In this document: positions 1 to 9,127 of the stretch, in pieces | Position numbering within the stretch: position 1 is the first letter of the stretch | How the letters are laid out: each line of letters starts with the position of its first letter | Assembly: GCA_024233305.1 (NCBI GenBank) | Contig: JACKPV010000023.1 | Location: forward strand, 590,789-654,788 | Length of the DNA: 64,000 nt | From: Verrucomicrobiales bacterium | Lineage (GTDB): Bacteria; Verrucomicrobiota; Verrucomicrobiia; Limisphaerales; J093 | Direction: 5' to 3' | Made by a program: the position numbers and the translations under genes | The notes under the pieces: generated by a model | Databases searched by the model: none | Told to the model about the DNA's origin: nothing | Seen by the model: only the letters and a program-made list of their open reading frames with translations

Positions 1-704
1 TGCCACAACGAAAACAACTGGCCCGTGGCCACCGGACAGGCCGGCGGCAGGGGCCGTTCATGGGCGGCCAGATGCGGCGGGAGTTGGGCCGCGCGCAGGT
101 GCTTCAAGGCCGCGGGCCCCAGCGCCCGGACCCAGAGTTGCTTGGGATGGGTGGTGTCGGTGTAGAAGTCCTGCCAGTCGCGCTGGCAGCCCCGGGTGGA
201 GCCGAGCCGTTGCCAGCCGGCGGCTTTGTAGCAGGTGCCCCGGAAGCGTTGCGGATCGACGAAGGTCTCGACCGCGAGCACGGGATGGCCGAAGTGCTGC
301 TGCCAGTCCTGGGCCAGACGTTCACAGCTGAGCTTCAACACGCGCGAGGCCAGATTGGGCCAGCGCCCCGGGGCGGCCAGGACCAGGAAGCGCTGGTTTT
401 GGGCCAGCAGATGGCGCCGGGCCGCCACCTCGCGGGCCGACCAATGCAGCCAGCGCTCGCGGGGCTTGAGGTGGAAGGCGGGCGAACAGAAGACCAGCAG
501 GGCCAGCCACTGCCCCTGAAACTCGGCCACATAGCGCAGGGCCTGGCCCACGGCGGTGGCGTTCTTGAGGTAGTGCCTGCGGCGGAGAAGGTCGTCGAAC
601 CGGGGGCGTTCGGATTCCTTGATGAGACGCACCTGGACCCCTTGGAGCAACTCGGGTTCCGGGGGCAGTCCCTGGCTCACCACGTTGGAAAGATGGACCG
701 ACAT
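1..704 (-). CDS. DUF4338-like protein, partial (runs off the left window edge); probable IS accessory gene
   Basis: Absent from the ORF track because there is no stop in the window. My translation of the minus strand from the ATG at 704 gives MSVHLSNVVSQGLPPEPELLQGVQVRLIKESERPRFDDLLRRRHYLKNATAVGQALRYVAEFQGQWLALLVF...HPVLAVETFVDPQRFRGTCYKAAGWQRLGSTRG. This is colinear with, and roughly 40 percent identical by eye to, the ORF at 36301..37212. Confidence 0.6.
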   Translation of the reverse strand, partial: MSVHLSNVVSQGLPPEPELLQGVQVRLIKESERPRFDDLLRRRHYLKNATAVGQALRYVAEFQGQWLALLVFCSPAFHLKPRERWLHWSAREVAARRHLLAQNQRFLVLAAPGRWPNLASRVLKLSCERLAQDWQQHFGHPVLAVETFVDPQRFRGTCYKAAGWQRLGSTRGCQRDWQDFYTDTTHPKQLWVRALGPAALKHLRAAQLPPHLAAHERPLPPACPVATGQLFSLW

Positions 705-715
705 GCCCGGAGTGA

Positions 716-1417
716 AGCAGGGGGAGGAGGGGGTGCCCAGAGAAATCGAACCAAATCTCTCCCTTCAAACCTCTTCCACGACTCCTTGACAACCGCCCTG
801 CTGGAATCGCAGAAGACCTCCTGAACGTATCGCTCGACAAGTCTGCGACCCTGGACGTCTGCCAAGCCAGCTCGCCGGGCTTCCTTTCCACGGTGGTGAC
901 CGCCCACGGCCAACCCATCGGCGTGCTCCACCTCGAACCGAGTCAGGACGACGGCTTCGACGCGTGGGACCGGCAGCTGCTGCGAGCGTTCACGGAGAAC
1001 ATTGCGATTGCCGTTCAGTCGATCAACTGGACCATGCCTCACTCCGCTCCTCCCGATTCGGCCAAGAGGTCCTTTGTACCCTCCTTGGGTGAAGCAGAGG
1101 GCCTTTACGAGTCCATTGTCGGACACCTGCCGGCAGTCATCTGGCGCCAGGATGCCAACCATCGCTTCACGTGGGTGAACGACAGGTTTTGCGGGGCGGA
1201 TGCCATGAGCCGCGAGCAGATCATCGGCAAGACAGACTTCGAGTTGCTTCTCCCGGAGAACGCCGAGCGATCCCGTGCTGGTGATGAGAAGACGATTTCG
1301 CAGGGGGAGTTCGAGGATCTCGAAGGACCATTCGCACGGCCCGGGGCGAGGATGGTTTTGCTTCCCAGCGACGGGCCGTTCGGCATACTCCCGGCACACA
1401 AGTCAGAAGCTGATCGT
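716..1417 (+). pseudogene. Orphan GAF-PAS sensor fragment (no plausible start, no output domain)
   Basis: The frame opens right after the stop at 713..715. It encodes a GAF C-terminus (LDVCQASSPGFLSTVVTAHGQPIGVLHLEPSQDDGFDAWDRQLLRAFTENIAIAVQ) and then a PAS core (LYESIVGHLPAVIWRQDANHRFTWVNDRFCGADAMSREQIIGKTDFELL). It runs in frame into the next gene, which has its own Met and signal peptide. Confidence 0.45.
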
Positions 1418-3526
1418 ATGCAATCCTCAATGTCGTCGTTGTTGTCGTCGGTGGGCCGCTCGACCGGGTGTTTCCGGAGAGCGGCGCTCCCGGTGGTTTT
1501 GGCAGGGGCCTTTTGTGCCGGTCTGCCGCCGCTGCGCGCGGGGCAGATGCTGTTCGATTTCGGGGCGCCGGACTCGCCCACGCAACCGGGTGCCGGGGGG
1601 CCGGTCACCCATTGGAACAACATCACCACCGTGGGGACCGATCCGGTGGGCACCTTGTTCGATCTGGTGGACTCGGAGGGCAACGTCACCACGATGTATC
1701 TCTGGATGCTTGCCCGCTTCAACGGCGCGAACGAGAACGGCACCATCGCCGCGACGCGTTACCCGTCCACGGCCACCCGCGATTCGCTTTACGGGAACAC
1801 CGAGGACTTCAACGGCATGGCCGACATCTACCCCGAGTTCCGCCTGGCCGCCCTGCCCGTGGGCGAGGTGTATGACCTCACCTTTTACGCCTCGCGGACC
1901 GGGGTCACCGACAACCGGGAAACGCGCTACACGATCACCGGCAGCAACGCGACCGTCCTCGATTACGACCCGGCGAACAACGTCGACGAAACCGTCACCG
2001 CCAGCGGCATCGCGGCGGACATGTTCGGGGAAATCACCATCGGGCTCGAACCCGGCCCGAACAACAGCAACGGCAACCACTTCACCTATCTCGGGGCGCT
2101 CGAGGTGAAGCTCGTTTCGACCGGTCAGACCTGGTTGTTCGACTTCGGCTCGGGCAATTCGCCGACCGAGGCGGTCGAACCGGAACCGGAGGTTTACTGG
2201 AACAACCTGCCCACCGCCATCGGCATCGATCCCGCCGGCGTGTTGCCGGACCTGGTCACCACCGACGGGTCCGCCACCGGCGCCGCGCTCGAAATGGTGG
2301 CGCGCTTCAACGGCGCGAACACCAGCGGCAGCACGGCGGCCACGGTCTACCCAACGAGCGCGACCCGGGATTCGTTGTTTGGGAACACCGAGACGTTCAG
2401 CGGGCTGGACAACGTGCTGCCGGTCTTCAAGCTGACCGGACTGGATCCGCGCACCAGCTATGATTTCACGTTCTACGGTTCCCGCACCGGCGTGAGCGAC
2501 GTCCGCGAAACCCGGTTTACGGTGAGCGGCTCGAACGCGGCGGTGGGCGACCTCGACGCCGCCAACAACGTGGATGCCACGGTCGCGGTGAGCGGCGTCA
2601 AACCTGCCGCGACGGGGGAGGTCACGATCAGCATCACCCCCGGTCCGAACAACAACAACGGCAACCATTTCACCTACCTCGGGGTGATGCAGGTGGACTG
2701 GACCCCGCCATTCACGCCGCGGATTCTCGTGGACCTGGGCGCCACCGGCACCCCGACCGATGCCACAGCGGGCGTGACCGAGATCTGGAACAACCTCACC
2801 CAGTCCGTGGCCGGCACCGGCGACGGCGTGCTCGAACGCTTGCTGACCGTGGACGGCACGGCGACCTCGATCAACTGGGAGATGATCTCCCGCTTCAACG
2901 GCGCCAACGAGAACGGCACCCAGGATCCGGCGCCCTATCCCATCAGCGCCACGCGCGATTCAATGTACGGCAACACCGAGGTGTGGAGCGGTCTCGAGAA
3001 CATCTTCCCGGCCTTCAAGTTGACCGGGTTGACCCCCGGCGTCCCTTACGACCTGGTGCTCTATGCCTCGCGCATGGGCGTCAGCGACAACCGCGAAACG
3101 CAATTCACGATCACCGGCGCCACGGAGACCGTCGAGTTTCTGAACGTCGCCGTGAACGTGGACCAGACGGTGTCGGTCACCGGCCTTGAGCCGAATGCGG
3201 CGGGCGAAATCTCGATTGCGCTCGCGCCCGGGCCCAACAACGACAACGGCAATCACTTCACCTATCTGGGCGTTCTGCAGCTGGACTGGGAACAGGCGCC
3301 CCCCGCCGGGCCCGCGACCTTGTCGGGGGCGCAGCTCACTGATGGTGGGTTCACCTTCACCCTCAGCGGCACCATCGGGGCAACCTATCAGGTTCAGGGC
3401 TCCGCCACGCTGGCCGCCGACTCGTGGAACGACGTGCAGAGCGTCACGCTGGCGAGTGAGTCACAGCCGGTGGCGATCGACCAGGCCGGGGCGTGGCAGT
3501 TCTATCGGGCGGTGGCCGCGCCATGA
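1418..3526 (+). CDS. Secreted protein with three tandem ~190-aa repeat modules and a C-terminal FYR-ending module
   Basis: Met at 1418 (alternative 1430) is followed by a signal-like segment, RRAALPVVLAGAFCAGLPPLRAGQ. Three repeats each run from (W/M)LFDFG..WNN..RFNGAN..ATRDS(L/M)(Y/F)GNTE..SRTGV(S/T)D.RET..PGPNN.NGNHFTYLG. The protein ends in AWQFYRAVAAP. Confidence 0.75.
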   Translation: MQSSMSSLLSSVGRSTGCFRRAALPVVLAGAFCAGLPPLRAGQMLFDFGAPDSPTQPGAGGPVTHWNNITTVGTDPVGTLFDLVDSEGNVTTMYLWMLARFNGANENGTIAATRYPSTATRDSLYGNTEDFNGMADIYPEFRLAALPVGEVYDLTFYASRTGVTDNRETRYTITGSNATVLDYDPANNVDETVTASGIAADMFGEITIGLEPGPNNSNGNHFTYLGALEVKLVSTGQTWLFDFGSGNSPTEAVEPEPEVYWNNLPTAIGIDPAGVLPDLVTTDGSATGAALEMVARFNGANTSGSTAATVYPTSATRDSLFGNTETFSGLDNVLPVFKLTGLDPRTSYDFTFYGSRTGVSDVRETRFTVSGSNAAVGDLDAANNVDATVAVSGVKPAATGEVTISITPGPNNNNGNHFTYLGVMQVDWTPPFTPRILVDLGATGTPTDATAGVTEIWNNLTQSVAGTGDGVLERLLTVDGTATSINWEMISRFNGANENGTQDPAPYPISATRDSMYGNTEVWSGLENIFPAFKLTGLTPGVPYDLVLYASRMGVSDNRETQFTITGATETVEFLNVAVNVDQTVSVTGLEPNAAGEISIALAPGPNNDNGNHFTYLGVLQLDWEQAPPAGPATLSGAQLTDGGFTFTLSGTIGATYQVQGSATLAADSWNDVQSVTLASESQPVAIDQAGAWQFYRAVAAP

Positions 3527-5652
3527 GGCCGATCCTCGGCGGGGAGGGACCGAACGCGCGAGCCGGTTCCGGCTGCGATGTTCCCACCGGGCCCCGTTCG
3601 AGCCGCGCCCGATCCCAACTCAGGGCGCTGCCGGCGGTGATCGCGGGCGGCGCCCTGTGGGCTTCAGGCGGGGTGGCCCAGGAGGCGACGCGGTTCGAGT
3701 CCGAGATCCTGGCGTTCGAGCGGGCCGACCTGGCCAACCCGCCGCCAGCATCGTCGGCGGTTTTCACCGGGTCCTCGAGCATCCGCGGTTGGCCCGGTCT
3801 GGCGGGCGCCTTTCCCCCGTACGCCGTCCTGAATCGTGGCTTCGGCGGTTCGGAGATGAGCGATCTGCTTTACTACTTCGACCGGGTGGTGGCGGTCTAT
3901 CAACCCGCCTTTGTCATCGTGTACGAGGGGGACAACGATCTGGCGGGTGGCAAGTCCGTCGAGCAGGTCATCGCCGATTATCGGACGTTCCGCGACCGGG
4001 CCCAGGCAGTGTTGCCGGGAACGGGGGTGGGTTTCCTTGCGGTGAAGCCGAGCCCGAGCCGGGAGGCTTATCTGGACGCGCAGCGGGCCGTGAATGCCGC
4101 CCTTGCCGCCATGGCCGACGAGGATCCGGGAGTCGAGTTCATCGACGTTTTCACCCCGATGCTCGACGCCGATGGCCGGCCCCGCGCCGGGTTGTTCCAG
4201 TCCGACATGCTGCACATGAACGCGACCGGCTACGCCATCTGGACGGCGCTGGTGGCGCCCGTGCTCGATACCTGGATGGGCAAAGGCACGGATGATCCCG
4301 ACCCGGTAAGCTTCACGCGCGAACCGCAGGACCAAACCGTCGAGGAATTTCACGCCGTGACTTTCGAGGCGGGCGTGCGAGGCACGCCACCCGTGGCGCT
4401 GCAATGGCTGCGCGATGGTCAACCGGTCGCGGGTGCGCGGTTGGTACGCCTCACCCTCGACCCGGTGTCGCGCGAGGACGACGGCGCCGCGTTCGCGCTC
4501 ACGGCCAGCAATCGGGTCTCGACGCAGACCAGCGCCACCGCCGTGCTCCGCGTGGTTCCCGACGTCACGCCGCCGGTTCCGCTTTCGGTTGCCAGTCCCG
4601 ACGGCCGGGACTTCACGGTGACGTTCAGCGAACGGGTGGATGCCGAAACGGCCCGTCAGGCGGGCGCCTATCGGCTGAACGGCGGGGCGGCGATGGTCAC
4701 GTCGGCGGTCGTCGGCGACGATGGTGATTCGGTGGTCCTCTCGGTGAAGCCGTCGGTGCAGGGTGTCTTCACGCTGACGTTCGACGGCGTGACCGACCGC
4801 GCGGGCAACCCCGTGGCATCCGGGACCACCCTCACCGGCGAGGTGATGGACCCGGCACGGCAACCCTGGTTGTTTGATTTCGGCGCGACGGCCCGCCCGA
4901 CCCGGCCGGGGCCGGCGCCGGATGATCCGACGTTTGTGTGGAACAACGTCACCGATGCCATCGCCACGATGCCCGGGGGCCGCTTGCTCGAAATCGTGAA
5001 CCGGGTGGGCCGGCCAACGGATGCCAGCCTGATCATTCTCCGTCGGTTCAATGGCGCGAATCAGGACGGCGCCAGCACCGGCAGCCCGTTCCCGGGGAAC
5101 GCGGCGGGGGATTCCCTCTTCGGCAACACCGAACCGTTCGGCGGCCTGAGCAACGTGTTTCCCGCCTTTCGCCTCAGCCGCCTGGATCCGGCCCTGGCCT
5201 ACGATTTTCACTTCTTTGCCTCCCGTCTCGGCGTCGGCGACAACCACGAAACCCGCTACTCGGTCATCGGGGCGATTACCGCGACGGCCGTCCTGGACGC
5301 GGCGAACAACTCCGCCAGCACCGCCACGGTGCGCGGCATGCGTCCCACCGCTGCCGGTGAGGTGGTCGTCACCCTGGGGCCGTCGCCGGCCAACGACAGC
5401 GCCAGTCATTTCACCTATCTCGGCGCGCTGCAAGTGACGCCTCGTGAGCCGGAATGGCGCCTGGCGCTCCCCCGGATCGAGGCCGGTGAACTGCGGCTCG
5501 AGTGGGAGGGCGGCGGGGTGCTCCATTGGGCGCCGACCATTCGGGGCCCATGGACGCCGCTGCTGCCGGCGGTGGCATCTCCCGTGGTCGAACCGTTGGC
5601 GCCGGCGCCGGCCCGTTTCTACCGGTTGCAGGATTCCGACACCCTCCCATGA
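3523..5652 (+). CDS. SGNH/GDSL-type esterase fused to Ig-like domains, one copy of the repeat module and an FYR-ending C-terminus
   Basis: The ATG at 3523 overlaps the upstream stop (ATGA). The SGNH blocks are FTGSSSIRGW, NRGFGGSE, IVYEGDNDL and SDMLHMNATGY. The repeat module appears later (WLFDFGATARP..RFNGANQDG..HFTYLGALQV). The C-terminus is ARFYRLQDSDTLP. Confidence 0.8.
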   Translation: MRPILGGEGPNARAGSGCDVPTGPRSSRARSQLRALPAVIAGGALWASGGVAQEATRFESEILAFERADLANPPPASSAVFTGSSSIRGWPGLAGAFPPYAVLNRGFGGSEMSDLLYYFDRVVAVYQPAFVIVYEGDNDLAGGKSVEQVIADYRTFRDRAQAVLPGTGVGFLAVKPSPSREAYLDAQRAVNAALAAMADEDPGVEFIDVFTPMLDADGRPRAGLFQSDMLHMNATGYAIWTALVAPVLDTWMGKGTDDPDPVSFTREPQDQTVEEFHAVTFEAGVRGTPPVALQWLRDGQPVAGARLVRLTLDPVSREDDGAAFALTASNRVSTQTSATAVLRVVPDVTPPVPLSVASPDGRDFTVTFSERVDAETARQAGAYRLNGGAAMVTSAVVGDDGDSVVLSVKPSVQGVFTLTFDGVTDRAGNPVASGTTLTGEVMDPARQPWLFDFGATARPTRPGPAPDDPTFVWNNVTDAIATMPGGRLLEIVNRVGRPTDASLIILRRFNGANQDGASTGSPFPGNAAGDSLFGNTEPFGGLSNVFPAFRLSRLDPALAYDFHFFASRLGVGDNHETRYSVIGAITATAVLDAANNSASTATVRGMRPTAAGEVVVTLGPSPANDSASHFTYLGALQVTPREPEWRLALPRIEAGELRLEWEGGGVLHWAPTIRGPWTPLLPAVASPVVEPLAPAPARFYRLQDSDTLP

Positions 5653-6953
5653 AGCGCCCTTCGCCAGCATTTGGGTCGCGGTCCGTTTTGCCGCTGCTGG
5701 TCGCGACCACGATCGTGGCCGGAGAACCCGTGCCGGTGACGCCGTGGAAAACCATCCCTCTGGACCCGGAATACAGCGGCGCCTGGGTGGTCGCCGGAGA
5801 CCTGACGGGCGATGGCGCCGTCGAAATCGTGAGCGCCCGCAACGTCGATCAGAACGACGTGCATTACACCAGTGCGGTCGTGGCCCAGCGGTTGGACGGT
5901 GGCGTGCTCTGGCGGTGGGGCGATCCCACCATTGGCCGGCGCCAGTTGCACCATGACGTGCCCTGCCAGATCTACGATTGGGACGGCGACGGGCGAAACG
6001 AAGTGGTGCTCGCCACCCGGGGGTGGCTGGTCGAACTCGACGGCGCCACCGGCCACGAACGCCGCCGCCTGCCGCTGCCTGCCGCTGCCACCGATTGTCT
6101 CGTGTTCGCCAATCTGAACGGCGGCCCCCGCGCGACGGACGTGCTCGTCAAGACCCGCTATACGCGCATCTGGGCGCTGAATCGCGAGGGCCGCGAGTTG
6201 TGGTCCGTCGAGAACCCCGGCGGCTTTCGCACCGCGCACCAACCGGTGCCCGTCGATCTTGATGGCGACGGTCGCGACGAGGTGATGGCGGGTTATGCGA
6301 TGCTGAATGCCGACGGTTCCGTGCGCTGGGTGTATCAGGCCCGGCAGTTCGATCAGGGGCGGGGACACTGCGACTGCTTCCGGCAGGTTCGTGGCGGCCC
6401 AACGCCCGGCGACCTGCGATTTGTCATGACCTTCTGCGGCGCCAACGGCATCGCCATGCTCGATGGGAACGGGCGGACCCTCTGGGAGGTCACCGGTCAG
6501 CACTTCGAGTCGGTGGATGTCGGACCGGTGCTGGCCGGGGAGCCCGGTCGGCAGATCGCCGTGGACATCGATCATCAGCCGTGGGGGCAGGGACCGGTTT
6601 GGGTGCTGGATGAAGCGGGCACGGTGCGGACCCGGATCATGACCGACTATGCGCGCCACCACGCCCTGATCGACTGGACCGGCGACGGCGTGGCGGAAAT
6701 CCTCGTGGCCCAGCCCCGCACGCTTTACGACGGGCGGGGAAACGCGGTGGCCCTGCTGGTGATGGATCGCGCGGACGATGCCGAAGGCGAGGAGCGGCTG
6801 GCCCTGACGGGCGATTTCACCGGCGACGGCGTGCCGGATGTGCTGCTGACCACCCGCGCCATGTCGCACGTGTTCATCTATCGCAACGAGCACGGCCTGC
6901 GCCCCGACCCGCCCGCCGCTTTCGGCACCGGGGTGAACTTCAGCCTGTATTGA
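5649..6953 (+). CDS. FG-GAP/VCBS-type beta-propeller protein, secreted
   Basis: The ATG at 5649 overlaps the upstream stop. There is a signal-like N-terminus (MKRPSPAFGSRSVLPLLVATTIVAG). Calcium-type repeats recur (DLTGDGAVEIV, DWDGDGRNEVV, VDLDGDGRDEVM, DWTGDGVAEIL, DFTGDGVPDVL). Confidence 0.75.
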   Translation: MKRPSPAFGSRSVLPLLVATTIVAGEPVPVTPWKTIPLDPEYSGAWVVAGDLTGDGAVEIVSARNVDQNDVHYTSAVVAQRLDGGVLWRWGDPTIGRRQLHHDVPCQIYDWDGDGRNEVVLATRGWLVELDGATGHERRRLPLPAAATDCLVFANLNGGPRATDVLVKTRYTRIWALNREGRELWSVENPGGFRTAHQPVPVDLDGDGRDEVMAGYAMLNADGSVRWVYQARQFDQGRGHCDCFRQVRGGPTPGDLRFVMTFCGANGIAMLDGNGRTLWEVTGQHFESVDVGPVLAGEPGRQIAVDIDHQPWGQGPVWVLDEAGTVRTRIMTDYARHHALIDWTGDGVAEILVAQPRTLYDGRGNAVALLVMDRADDAEGEERLALTGDFTGDGVPDVLLTTRAMSHVFIYRNEHGLRPDPPAAFGTGVNFSLY

Positions 6954-7069
6954 GTCGGGGGAGATTGGCGGAGCGCGTCGCGCCGGCAATGGGTGTTCCG
7001 GGAAGCGCCCGCGGCGTCGCGGCGTGCATCGCGCTTGACCCCCGCGCGGAGACTTGTCAGAGAAGCGGC

Positions 7070-8338
7070 ATGCAAAAACACGTTGCCGCCCTGCCGCTCC
7101 TCGTCCTTGCCGGCGGATGGTCGCTGCTTGCCGGCCAGCCGCACTTTGACCGGTTTCGTGTGACCAATGAGTTCTGGGGTGAAGGCGCCGACTTTGCGGA
7201 CTTCAACCGCGATGGCCACAAGGATGTGGTTTATGGCCCGCTGTGGTTCGAGGGGCCGGATTTCAAGACGCGTCACGAGCTTGCCCCCGCCGGGCAGACC
7301 TTCACCCGGAAGGGTTCGGACGGCGCGGACGAAATGGTGCCCGGTTATGAAGGCGCCCTCGGCAGCCGGAACGCCTACTCGAACTGCTTCTTCTGTTTCA
7401 CCGACGATTTCAATCACGACACCTGGCCGGACGTCCTGATCATCGGGTTGCCGGGCGAACCGTGCTTCTGGTACGAGAATCCGAAGAACCAGCCGGGTCA
7501 CTGGCGGGCCCACCCCGCGATCCAGGTGCCCGACAACGAATCGCCGGACTATCTGGACGTCACCGGCGACGGTCGGCCCGAGGTCATCTGCTGCTCGGGG
7601 GGGTGTCTGGGCTACGCCCACCCCGACCCCGCCAATCCCGTGGCGCCATGGACCTTCATCCCGGTCAGCGCGAAAGGCTCGTATCACAAGTACTCCCACG
7701 GCCTGGGCGCGGGCGACATCGATGGCGATGGCCGGCTGGACCTGATCGAATCGAACGGCTGGTATCAGCAACCCGCCTCCCTCGATGGCAACCCGCTGTG
7801 GAAATGGCATCCGTTCGTCTTCTGTCCGCCCACCGACCAGGGCATTGCCGTGGGCGGGGCGCAGATGTTCGCTTACGACGTGAACGGTGACGGGCTCAAC
7901 GATGTCATCACCAGCATCGCCTGCCACGGCTACGGTCTGGCCTGGTATGAGCAGGTGCGGGACGGCGACCGCATTGACTTCAAACGGCGGCTGTTCGTGA
8001 ACAAGACCCCCGCGGAGAATCCGTATGGCGTTTCGTTCTCGCAGCCGCATGCGCTCGACCTGGCGGACATCGACGGGGACGGCCTCAAGGACCTGATCAC
8101 CGGCAAACGTTTCTGGGCGCACGGACCGCAGGGCGACGTCGAACCGAACGCGCCCGCCGTGCTCTACTGGTTCAAGCTGACCCGCGGGCCGAACGGCGCG
8201 GAATTCGTGCCGCACCGGGTGGACAGCGACTCGGGGGTGGGCACCCAGGTCAAGGCGGCGGATCTGAACGGCGACGGGCGGGCCGACATCGTGGTGGGCA
8301 ACAAGAAGGGGTTGCACGTGTTCGTCCAGCGTCCGTGA
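7070..8338 (+). CDS. FG-GAP/VCBS repeat protein, secreted
   Basis: The N-terminus MQKHVAALPLLVLAGGWSLLAG looks like a signal peptide. Repeats include DFNRDGHKDVV, DVTGDGRPEVI, GDIDGDGRLDLI, YDVNGDGLNDVI, ADIDGDGLKDLI and ADLNGDGRADIV. Confidence 0.8.
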   Translation: MQKHVAALPLLVLAGGWSLLAGQPHFDRFRVTNEFWGEGADFADFNRDGHKDVVYGPLWFEGPDFKTRHELAPAGQTFTRKGSDGADEMVPGYEGALGSRNAYSNCFFCFTDDFNHDTWPDVLIIGLPGEPCFWYENPKNQPGHWRAHPAIQVPDNESPDYLDVTGDGRPEVICCSGGCLGYAHPDPANPVAPWTFIPVSAKGSYHKYSHGLGAGDIDGDGRLDLIESNGWYQQPASLDGNPLWKWHPFVFCPPTDQGIAVGGAQMFAYDVNGDGLNDVITSIACHGYGLAWYEQVRDGDRIDFKRRLFVNKTPAENPYGVSFSQPHALDLADIDGDGLKDLITGKRFWAHGPQGDVEPNAPAVLYWFKLTRGPNGAEFVPHRVDSDSGVGTQVKAADLNGDGRADIVVGNKKGLHVFVQRP

Positions 8339-8406
8339 TGCCGGCGGGTGTCCCGGGCCCGCTGCCGCCGGGCGTCGCCGGCTTGGATCGGCGCCGAACC
8401 GGGCGT

Positions 8407-8757
8407 ATGCTGGGCGGCGTGCGACCATTGGATTTGCAGGTCATCGGCAGCGAACTCGCCATCAAGTGGGCGGATGGTTCGGAGGATTACCTTACCCTGG
8501 AAGCACTGCGAAGGGCCTGCCCCTGCGCGGCGTGCCAGGGCGAGGTCGACGTGATGGGCCATTTGCACCGGGGACCACCGCCGAAGCTGACCCCGAACTC
8601 GTATCAGCTCGTGCGGCTGGCTCCGGTGGGCGCGTATGGGTTGCAGCCGGTCTGGGGAGACGGTCACAACACGGGCCTGTTCACGTTCGACAATCTCCGA
8701 CGGCTGGCCCGGGCCCGGGATGCCTCGGCTTCCGGCCAGGACGTGTCGCAGGCTTGA
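8407..8757 (+). CDS. DUF971-family small protein
   Basis: LAIKWADGSEDYLTLEALRRACPCAACQGE...YGLQPVWGDGHNTGLFTFDNLRRLA matches the DUF971 (gamma-butyrobetaine hydroxylase N-terminal-like) pattern as I remember it. The start was chosen at the internal Met of ORF 8335..8757. Confidence 0.65.
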   Translation: MLGGVRPLDLQVIGSELAIKWADGSEDYLTLEALRRACPCAACQGEVDVMGHLHRGPPPKLTPNSYQLVRLAPVGAYGLQPVWGDGHNTGLFTFDNLRRLARARDASASGQDVSQA

Positions 8758-8803
8758 CACCCGGAGGCTTCGCTCCAGACTCTGAAACATATTTTGAGGG
8801 GAT

Positions 8804-8890
8804 ATGGATTACATCTACCTGATTCTGATGGTGGCAGCCTATTTTGCGCTGCTGAAGTGGGTGCTTCCGCGGTTGGGTTTCCGGACGTGA
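8804..8890 (+). CDS. Candidate 28-aa hydrophobic micropeptide
   Basis: Too short for the ORF track. The ATG at 8804 is preceded by GAGGGG at 8796..8801, in a locally AT-richer patch. The peptide is MDYIYLILMVAAYFALLKWVLPRLGFRT, a single predicted TM helix with a basic tail. Confidence 0.3.
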   Translation: MDYIYLILMVAAYFALLKWVLPRLGFRT

Positions 8891-9127
8891 ATGTCCGACA
8901 GTTGCTCGGTCGAGCAACATCGACGTCAGGAGAAGCGACGTGGTGAGCCACCGCCGCCCGAGGGCCCGCCCGACCGCGAGCAGGAGGTTCGGAAACAGCC
9001 GCCCGCCTGATCCGCGCGGAACCCGGACGGCTGGCCGGGAATGGCGGGGCGCGGTTGGCGGGGCGTCGGCGCAGGTCCGGCCCGGTGGAGGGCGCCGGGA
9101 GGCGGCGAATCGGCAATTTGAGGGATC

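Noticed and set aside
60-824. 254-aa plus-strand ORF at the left edge, with overlapping ORFs at 322..918 and 677..1399 on the minus strand
   Set aside because: The composition is that of an antisense shadow (G/E/L/R/P-rich, no motifs). The frame that makes sense is the untracked minus-strand DUF4338-like gene at 1..704.
893-3526. Single 877-aa protein as listed in the ORF track
   Set aside because: It is two unrelated parts. A truncated GAF-PAS fragment is followed by an internal Met with a signal peptide that starts the repeat-module protein. The in-frame continuity is best explained as accidental read-through of a remnant.
3664-5670. Other very long antisense ORFs (3664..5670 -, 5619..6989 -, 6878..8428 -, 11251..13383 +, 17438..18688 -, 46909..49833 -, 58050..59066 +, and others)
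   Set aside because: Each lies opposite a gene with clear family motifs and has low-complexity Arg/Gly/Pro-rich translations.
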